From Candidatus Woesearchaeota archaeon (GTDB taxonomy: Archaea > Nanobdellota > Nanobdellia > Pacearchaeales > GW2011-AR1), in the NCBI GenBank assembly GCA_964603295.1, contig CAZRUG010000001.1, positions 53,210 through 117,209 on the forward strand: DNA of 64,000 bases, given 5' to 3'. The translations under genes and the position numbers were made by a program. Below are positions 57,411 through 64,000 of the stretch, in pieces (the first letter of the stretch is position 1; each line of letters opens with the position of its first letter). The notes below the pieces were generated by a model that ran no database searches, had not been told where the DNA came from, and saw nothing but the letters and a program-made list of their open reading frames with translations.

Positions 57411-57824
57411 TTATTTGTTTAATAATAATTCTATTTTTTTAGGATTCTTTTTAATCTCTTTAACAACTGTTGCAGGCCCAATAATAGTTACTGCACCAAA
57501 ATCTCCTCCAGATAATATATTTAACAAACCTTTTCTAAATTTATTAAAAAATCCCTCATTTCCATTTTCTGAAATAACTGCAAGTTCAATTCCTTTAAAA
57601 TGTTTAATATGTCCAATCATTGCCATTGTATCTCCAATTAATCGAGTTTCCTCTTCCGGTCTTAATCTTCCTTGTAAAATAATTATTTGATTTCCCAATA
57701 CAATATCAAGGATTTTTTTAATTCTTTCATTACTATCTAAATCTCTTATCTCTGAATAAGGTAAAAACTGAATTGAAAATCCTTTTATCTTTCCCAAACT
57801 TTTTCCTCTTTTTTTTACTGGCAT
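57411..57824 (-). CDS. OapB/ArvB-like protein (DUF2073)
   Basis: IL..V....I.ILQG.L.PEEE..LI..TM, F.GIE, TIIGPA. Confidence 0.85.
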   Translation of the reverse strand: MPVKKRGKSLGKIKGFSIQFLPYSEIRDLDSNERIKKILDIVLGNQIIILQGRLRPEEETRLIGDTMAMIGHIKHFKGIELAVISENGNEGFFNKFRKGLLNILSGGDFGAVTIIGPATVVKEIKKNPKKIELLLNK

Positions 57825-57854
57825 TTTTTTATTAATATTTTGTCTTTTAAAAAC

Positions 57855-58499
57855 TTATTTTGCTTTTTTAGTTAAATTAAATAATGATTCATATAGTTCT
57901 TCAATATTTTTTCCAAATTTTGCACTGATTCCAACAACTTCATATTCGGGAAATGCAGCCTCTATTTTTTTAATATCTGCTTTCTTTTTATCAATTTTAT
58001 TCGCAACAATTAAAACAGGAATTTTTCTTGCTACTAAGTTTCCAATAATTGTAATATTAACTTGGTTATAAGGATTTTCAGTTGAATCTAAAACAACAAC
58101 AACAAGATCCATATCATCTAACCATTTAATACTTTCAATAACTCCTTGTGTTGCTTCTTTTGCTCTTTCTTTAGCATCTTTTTTCTTTACTTTATATTTT
58201 AAGAATTCTTCATAATCAATTTTTGTAGAAATACCTGGAGTATCAACCATTTTAAACATCATCTTCTTGCCTTTGTATTCAATTTCAACTTTTTCTTTAA
58301 ACTGAACATGTCTTGTCTCATGAGGAACCTTACTTACAGAACCCATTTCCTCCCCAGTAAAATCCTTACAAATTCTATTAGCTAAACTAGTTTTACCTGC
58401 ATTAGGTGGACCGTAAAAACCAAGTTTTACTTCCTTATTATTCTTAAACATTCCCGAGAAGATTCTTGCAAAAAAACCTTTCATTATTTTTATCACCAT
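57855..58499 (-). CDS. Era-like GTPase OapA/ArvA
   Basis: GPPNAGKTSLANRI, PHETR, DTPG, EATQGV, NKID. Confidence 0.88.
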   Translation of the reverse strand: MVIKIMKGFFARIFSGMFKNNKEVKLGFYGPPNAGKTSLANRICKDFTGEEMGSVSKVPHETRHVQFKEKVEIEYKGKKMMFKMVDTPGISTKIDYEEFLKYKVKKKDAKERAKEATQGVIESIKWLDDMDLVVVVLDSTENPYNQVNITIIGNLVARKIPVLIVANKIDKKKADIKKIEAAFPEYEVVGISAKFGKNIEELYESLFNLTKKAK

Positions 58500-58544
58500 A
58501 TTATTCTTTGGGGTTTAGGGTTTATTAAAGTTTTGTGTTTTTAA

Positions 58545-61268
58545 CTATATATTTCCTGCAAATTTTTTGAACTGTGCAGTCCTTGGATTTGGTTGATTTG
58601 GAATTTGGCCTTGTGTGGGTTTTGGTTTAAATTGATTATCTTTTGTTTTTTTAATTAACTTAAATAAATTATCAACTGGAATTAATTCAAACATACCGGT
58701 TCTTTTACCAGCATACTTTCTCATAACATATTGAATTTGTTCTGGATTCCAGCCAGATTTTTTTAATTCAGATTCAATTTTTGAATTTGTCTTCTCTTGT
58801 TTTTTAGCATTTTGAATATAGTGAACTAAATTAAATAAATTATTTTTATTCTTAAATAAATAATCTTCATATTTATGTTTATACCATTGTTGTAAAACAA
58901 CATAACCAACAACACCTGCAATTAATAAAAGAATAATTAATAACCAAAAAACTGCTCCAAGAGAATCATCTTCTTCTGAAACAGAAATATCTTCTGATTG
59001 AGCATTTAAATTATTTAATAAAGGAGAAACAAAGAAATCTAAATCTGCAAAAGAAATATCCTCCTTTACTCCAAGATTTATTTTATTATTTCCTTCGCTT
59101 ATCTCTTTATATTTATAACCAGATTCTTCTTCAAAACTATTTTCTGGATCTAAATAAAGATCTTCATAATTTTGAACAAAAAAATGTGTTTTAGAATTTG
59201 CATTATTTTTTAAATTAATTTCAAATAAACTTATTTTTTGATTTTCTTTTGAATCATATTTTAATATAATTTTTTTATAATTAGAAGAAATATCTGTGTT
59301 TTCAACATTCCAAGCTACAATTGCATTTTTATAACCTTGTAAATTTGAATTAGCAGAATCTCCAGTAACTTCTTCTAAGATTGTAACATGAACATGGTCT
59401 TCTGTAACAGGCAATTCAAGTGATTGTGCTTGTGTTTCAATCTCTAAATTAACTGGAATATCTAATTCAAGAAGTTCTTTCAATAATTCTTTATATTTTT
59501 CATCACTTGAAGCCTGAACAAATTGTCTTTTAATTTCAACAAGTTTATCTGCACTTTCACTTAATTTAATCAATTCCATAATTGCTTTTTTTTCAAAAGA
59601 AGAATAAGATTCTAAATCTTTTTCTAAGCTGTCAATTCTTTTTTCATAATTTAAAAGAGTTTGATTAACTGCATTTTTTGCTGAATCAACAAATACTTCA
59701 AATGTTTCACTTATTTCTTTTCCATCAATAATTGCACTAATTTGAACATCATAATATCCAACATAATCATAAGTATAAAGTATTTCATTAGTATAGGTTT
59801 GTTTTGTAACATTATCCTCTAATTGCCAAGTATATTTTGTAATATTTGAATTATCACTTAGTCCAACTTTAAAATTCGTAGGATATCCTACAAATGTTTT
59901 CAATGGAGTTAAAGATTCAATAACCGGAACTTCACTAATTGTAATGTTTTCTTCAAAGATTTTATTTCCTTTAATATATAATTTATAATCATAATCATCA
60001 TATTTCTTAGGTAAAGTAAAGTTTGCATTATCTAATGAAATTCTTTTAAAATCAAAATCTACTTTTGGTGCTGTTTTTTCTAAGTCATAAAAACTATCTG
60101 TGCTTGAAGGTGCAACTCCAGAAAAAGCATATTCTAGATCTAAATTTTCTAGAGTAATTGTCTGGTCTGCATTTGAAATAAACTTAATTGGTATTGTACA
60201 ACCCTTTGAGCAATCTAATTGATATTGTGAATCAAGATAGATTCTAATCATTTCTTCAAAGTCATTTCCATTTGGAAGTGTGTCAGTAACATATAATGAA
60301 TCCATTGAACCAAACTTTCTTGGCTGTGCAAAAATATAATAAGAACTTATTTCCTCCTGAGAACTACTTGGGTTTCCATAAAAACTACAATCTTCTCCTA
60401 AATCATATCTTGGAATTGAATAAACACCACTTCCAACCTTAGATAAACATAGATAATATTCTTGTTTTTCTACAATAGAATAATCTAAATTACAAGTATG
60501 CTCTCCACCTGATTCCTGAATTTCTGAAACATTTAAATCACAAAATGCTCCTGGAATATTTTCTCCATTTAATTTAACTAATTCAAAAGTAATTTTATCT
60601 CCAACCTCAGAAGATTCTTTTTCAATATATGCACCTGCTTTTATCCCAGGAGATTTTATTAACTCAATTCTTTGGCAAATTGGTGTTTCTCCTAATCTTG
60701 AATTTGGTAATGAAGAACTAAATTCATCTATATCAAAACAACCATAGTTTTTATTAAAACAAGTTGAATCAAGAGCATTATCATTTACAAAGTCAACAAC
60801 ACCATCATCAAAAAAGTCAATTTCTAATTGATTAAAGCAATTTGGAGTTACATCACTTGAGATATTCATGCTATTAAATACAACACTATCTAAATTTCCT
60901 CCACTAATTGAAAAACCTATAACCTTTTCTTCTCCATCATTTAAATTAAATATTTTTTCTGTTTCTCCATTTCCAATTACTGAATAAACATCTTTGCAAT
61001 CTGCAGTAGAACAAATTGGATTTACATCTGAATTAGAATCTGTATCTAATAAATCAATTAAAGTAATTGAGTTACCTAAACTATCATTTAATAAAATATC
61101 TGCAAATTCATTTTCAATACTAATATTAATCCAACCTTTTAGGTTTGCTTCAGGACCATAAGCATTTGTTATGCTATGAGAAGAATTTCCAATAGTTACA
61201 CTTGCACTTAACAAACTTGTTAAGATTATCGCACTTGCTATAAACAATACACTCTTTTTCATTTTCAC
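58545..61268 (-). CDS. Large cell-surface protein (PKD-like region, C-terminal TM)
   Basis: Signal peptide, Cys pairs, YTW...YTY...G.Y.V PKD-like segment, TM and cytoplasmic tail. Confidence 0.8.
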   Translation of the reverse strand: MKMKKSVLFIASAIILTSLLSASVTIGNSSHSITNAYGPEANLKGWINISIENEFADILLNDSLGNSITLIDLLDTDSNSDVNPICSTADCKDVYSVIGNGETEKIFNLNDGEEKVIGFSISGGNLDSVVFNSMNISSDVTPNCFNQLEIDFFDDGVVDFVNDNALDSTCFNKNYGCFDIDEFSSSLPNSRLGETPICQRIELIKSPGIKAGAYIEKESSEVGDKITFELVKLNGENIPGAFCDLNVSEIQESGGEHTCNLDYSIVEKQEYYLCLSKVGSGVYSIPRYDLGEDCSFYGNPSSSQEEISSYYIFAQPRKFGSMDSLYVTDTLPNGNDFEEMIRIYLDSQYQLDCSKGCTIPIKFISNADQTITLENLDLEYAFSGVAPSSTDSFYDLEKTAPKVDFDFKRISLDNANFTLPKKYDDYDYKLYIKGNKIFEENITISEVPVIESLTPLKTFVGYPTNFKVGLSDNSNITKYTWQLEDNVTKQTYTNEILYTYDYVGYYDVQISAIIDGKEISETFEVFVDSAKNAVNQTLLNYEKRIDSLEKDLESYSSFEKKAIMELIKLSESADKLVEIKRQFVQASSDEKYKELLKELLELDIPVNLEIETQAQSLELPVTEDHVHVTILEEVTGDSANSNLQGYKNAIVAWNVENTDISSNYKKIILKYDSKENQKISLFEINLKNNANSKTHFFVQNYEDLYLDPENSFEEESGYKYKEISEGNNKINLGVKEDISFADLDFFVSPLLNNLNAQSEDISVSEEDDSLGAVFWLLIILLLIAGVVGYVVLQQWYKHKYEDYLFKNKNNLFNLVHYIQNAKKQEKTNSKIESELKKSGWNPEQIQYVMRKYAGKRTGMFELIPVDNLFKLIKKTKDNQFKPKPTQGQIPNQPNPRTAQFKKFAGNI

Positions 61269-62833
61269 CTTTTCTTAAAAATTAAAAATAAATAAATAAA
61301 AGTAATTAAAGAAAGTGTAACTATAATATTCATACTTGTGAAAAAAGGAAGTCTAACATGATTTGAACATGCTCTTGTAATTTCTCCACTATCAGCAACA
61401 CATTCTTCATAAGCATTATTTGGATCATATCTATAAATTCCATCTGAAGTTTCTTTATAATCCTCCTCATTTAAGGAATCACCTGTAAATTCATTTTCAC
61501 CATCCCATTCAAAATTACCTTCCCAAGTAAAAGTTAAAAATCCATCATCACAACTATCATCTGTTTTTTGATCAATTAAACAAGTCCCAATCTTAGAAGG
61601 TATCTTGGTTCCAGAATTAATTGTATTCTCTTCTGTTGCACCATAACACTTTTCAGAAGTTTCATTCCATTTACATAAACAACTTGTTTCTACATTTCCA
61701 TCTATTTTTCCACAAACAGAATCATCCTCAACACTTAGAGTAGATTTATCACATTCATCTTTGATACATGAATCTTCATCAACATAGTCTTTACAAAAAC
61801 TTATTGATTCTAATACACAATAATCTTCATTAACCTCTAAGATGATGTTCTGACTTTTTTCACCATCATATTCAAAATAAATCTCATAAGGACTTTCATA
61901 ATCTTCAAAATCCTCTTGAGCAACTTCCCAGATTACTTCTGCATTTCCTTCTGCATCAACTTCTGTGCTAATGGTCTTTATTAAATCATCTCCACTAACA
62001 ATGCTATCATCATAAATCATAATCTCTAAATTAATTGTATCTCCTTCTGAAACTCCTGCTGTATTTTGAACTTCTAAACTCAAATTAAAATTATCAAAAT
62101 CTAAAATTGTTATTTTTTTATCTACTTCATAAGGAATTCCTTTAGAATTTGCCCAAAATAAATTTAATGTATCTGCAGAAGCACAAGTTCCATCTTGGCA
62201 TAATCCTGAAACACAGTCATTATTTGAATCACAATCATCATCTTCTTGCCCGTCTGTCCTAACACAAGTATTATCATCTACATTACAAACTAATCCTTCG
62301 CCACAAGTTCCATCATCATTACAAGCAATTGCTTCTGCCCCAGTTATACAACAAATTTTATTTGTATAAAAATCAGAAGAACAATTTGCTAAATGAGCAT
62401 TTGTTTCTCCAGATAAAGTCACAACACATTGTTCTCCATCAGCACAATTTCCTTCTGAAACATAACGACAGCTTAAATCCCCATAACAAACATCTGTTGT
62501 GTAAGTAGAACCTGTTGGAGACTCTGCATGGGCATTTGTATCAGAACTTAGCTTTAAAACAATGTTATCTCCTGTGCACTCATGTGGGTTTGTTCCAGAA
62601 TAAGTTGTTCCAAAAATATCTGAATAAAGAATATCTGTTGTATAGCCAGAAGCACCATTATAAACTTCTCCATGAGCATTTATATCAGAACTTAATCTTA
62701 AAATTATATCGTCTTCTGAACCAGCTTCAATTACATTTCCAGTAATCTTTCCAACAAAATCACTCCACAACCCAGCAGAAAGAACACTTAATAATAAAAT
62801 CCCTACAAACAATGAAACACCTATTTTTTTCAT
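61265..62833 (-). CDS. Cys/Asp-rich cell-surface protein
   Basis: Signal peptide, three LS..TNAH repeats, Cys-rich modules, LPFF + C-terminal TM. Confidence 0.8.
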   Translation of the reverse strand: MKKIGVSLFVGILLLSVLSAGLWSDFVGKITGNVIEAGSEDDIILRLSSDINAHGEVYNGASGYTTDILYSDIFGTTYSGTNPHECTGDNIVLKLSSDTNAHAESPTGSTYTTDVCYGDLSCRYVSEGNCADGEQCVVTLSGETNAHLANCSSDFYTNKICCITGAEAIACNDDGTCGEGLVCNVDDNTCVRTDGQEDDDCDSNNDCVSGLCQDGTCASADTLNLFWANSKGIPYEVDKKITILDFDNFNLSLEVQNTAGVSEGDTINLEIMIYDDSIVSGDDLIKTISTEVDAEGNAEVIWEVAQEDFEDYESPYEIYFEYDGEKSQNIILEVNEDYCVLESISFCKDYVDEDSCIKDECDKSTLSVEDDSVCGKIDGNVETSCLCKWNETSEKCYGATEENTINSGTKIPSKIGTCLIDQKTDDSCDDGFLTFTWEGNFEWDGENEFTGDSLNEEDYKETSDGIYRYDPNNAYEECVADSGEITRACSNHVRLPFFTSMNIIVTLSLITFIYLFLIFKKR

Positions 62834-62932
62834 AATCTATTTAGAAAATTATCTTTTATAAACATTTTTATACACTTCAAAAACTTTCGAAGTCTTAGTT
62901 TTATTTATAAATACCAATTTCTTAATTAAATT

Positions 62933-63505
62933 ATGGATGAAAAATATTTAATAATTGATTTAGAAAATGAAAAAGCAAAGCATTTAGCTGGAATTCTTGG
63001 AAGCAAGACTTGCAAAAAAATAATTAATATTTTAGCAGAAGAAGAAGCATCTGAAAATGACTTAGCTGAAAAATTAAACATACCAATCAATACTATTGAA
63101 TATAACTTAAAAAAATTAGTTTCTGCAGGAGTTGTTGAAAAATCTTTAAATTGGTTTTGGAGTAAAAAAGGTAAAAAAATTCCAATGTATAAATTATCTA
63201 ATAAATCAATTGTAATTCAACCTGGAAAAAGTGCAAAAGAAAAATTAAAGAAAATTCTTCCAGCCTTTCTTTTATCTGGAGTTGCAACTATCCTTGTAGG
63301 AATTTTAACAAAACCAAAAGAAATTTTGCAAATAGATTATTCTTCTGAACCAATGCTAATGGAGTCCACAAACAAAGCAATGGACTTTGCAGCAGAATCT
63401 TCAACAATTATTTCACCTTCAGAATTTCCAATTTGGGGTTGGTTTTTGGCAGGCTCACTTTTAGCAATTGCAATTTATGCAATCTTAAACTGGAGGAAAT
63501 TATAA
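62933..63505 (+). CDS. ArsR-like HTH regulator with two TMs
   Basis: SENDLAEKLNIPINTIEYNLKKL..G; WS.KGK; C-terminal TMs. Confidence 0.82.
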   Translation: MDEKYLIIDLENEKAKHLAGILGSKTCKKIINILAEEEASENDLAEKLNIPINTIEYNLKKLVSAGVVEKSLNWFWSKKGKKIPMYKLSNKSIVIQPGKSAKEKLKKILPAFLLSGVATILVGILTKPKEILQIDYSSEPMLMESTNKAMDFAAESSTIISPSEFPIWGWFLAGSLLAIAIYAILNWRKL

Positions 63506-63783
63506 TGAAAAAACTAAACAAAATATTTATTGGAATTTTAGTAATTGAATTTCTTTTAGTATTAATCTCAGGAATAATTAGTTATGATTCTTGTGGAAAT
63601 GCTTGTGACAATAAATCTCTATTAAACCCATTTGCAAATCCAAGCGGAGAAATTTGTGCACAAGTTTGTAAAACAACTTTTTCATCAATTACTTATTTAT
63701 CTATTGATTTATTTATTTTAACAATTATTGTTTTCATAGGAATAAATTTCTTGAAAGGAGGTAATAAAAATGAAACAAATTGA
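63505..63783 (+). CDS. Small two-TM protein with two CxxxC motifs
   Basis: CGNAC and CAQVC in the loop between the TMs; GGAGG SD. Confidence 0.65.
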   Translation: MKKLNKIFIGILVIEFLLVLISGIISYDSCGNACDNKSLLNPFANPSGEICAQVCKTTFSSITYLSIDLFILTIIVFIGINFLKGGNKNETN

Positions 63784-64000
63784 TAACTCAGTAAAAATAA
63801 CTTTGATAATTGCAAGTGTTGTTTTAATTTTAGGTTTAATGGTTTATTCTTTGTTTGATGCAACAAATACTTCAGATACTTTGAGGTCAAATGGTCAAGT
63901 AACAATTGATGTTTCTCCTGATTTAGTTGTTGTAAACTTCAATATTGAAACAACTGGAGATACAACTCAAGAAGCCAAAGACTCAAACTCAGTAATTGTA
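63770..64000 (+). CDS. SIMPL (DUF541) domain protein, partial
   Basis: Manual translation: TM then NGQVTIDVSPDLVVVNFNIET...QEAKDSNS; GGAGGT SD. Confidence 0.78.
   Translation, partial: MKQIDNSVKITLIIASVVLILGLMVYSLFDATNTSDTLRSNGQVTIDVSPDLVVVNFNIETTGDTTQEAKDSNSVIV

Noticed and set aside
58500..58544. Replication origin next to oapA
   Set aside because: The intergenic space is very short, with no ORB-like repeats and no cdc6/orc1 nearby.
1730..63905. Many short antisense or overlapping ORFs in the track (e.g. 1730-1948, 21164-21652, 43960-44274, 57397-57690)
   Set aside because: Shadow frames of well-supported genes on the other strand or frame.

Overview
AT-rich archaeal chromosomal DNA, most likely from a small-genome DPANN lineage (Pacearchaeota/Woesearchaeota-like; inferred from gene content, short intergenic spaces and TATA-box promoters close to start codons). 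The backbone is housekeeping: exosome/proteasome superoperon (rrp42-rrp41-rrp4-SBDS-psmA ... Pop5), RNase J, 2-oxoacid:ferredoxin oxidoreductase, mre11/rad50, ADP-forming acetyl-CoA synthetase, pheST, Rpp30, a type IV pilus locus, psmB-fttA, CCA-adding enzyme, oapABC/arvABC, surface proteins and three tRNAs (Glu with a 109-nt intron, Gln, Thr). The main unusual element is a ~10.9-kb segment (26738-37631) bounded by a 23-bp direct repeat of the tRNA-Glu 3' end. It holds a chimeric pseudo-tRNA-His, a structured leader with hisI-hisG, a divergent PurO-like cyclohydrolase, an M20 hydrolase, a Cys-rich GNAT, a regulator, a PLP histidine-decarboxylase-like gene, a methyltransferase and two HisRS genes. 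This is a candidate histidine/histamine-centred metabolic island. Other notable signals are an array of covarying hairpins punctuated by copies of the tRNA-Glu 5' end, small cassettes inserted into core operons with duplicated gene ends, and a third proteasome-like Ntn hydrolase. Functional calls come from motif recognition only; no database searches were run.
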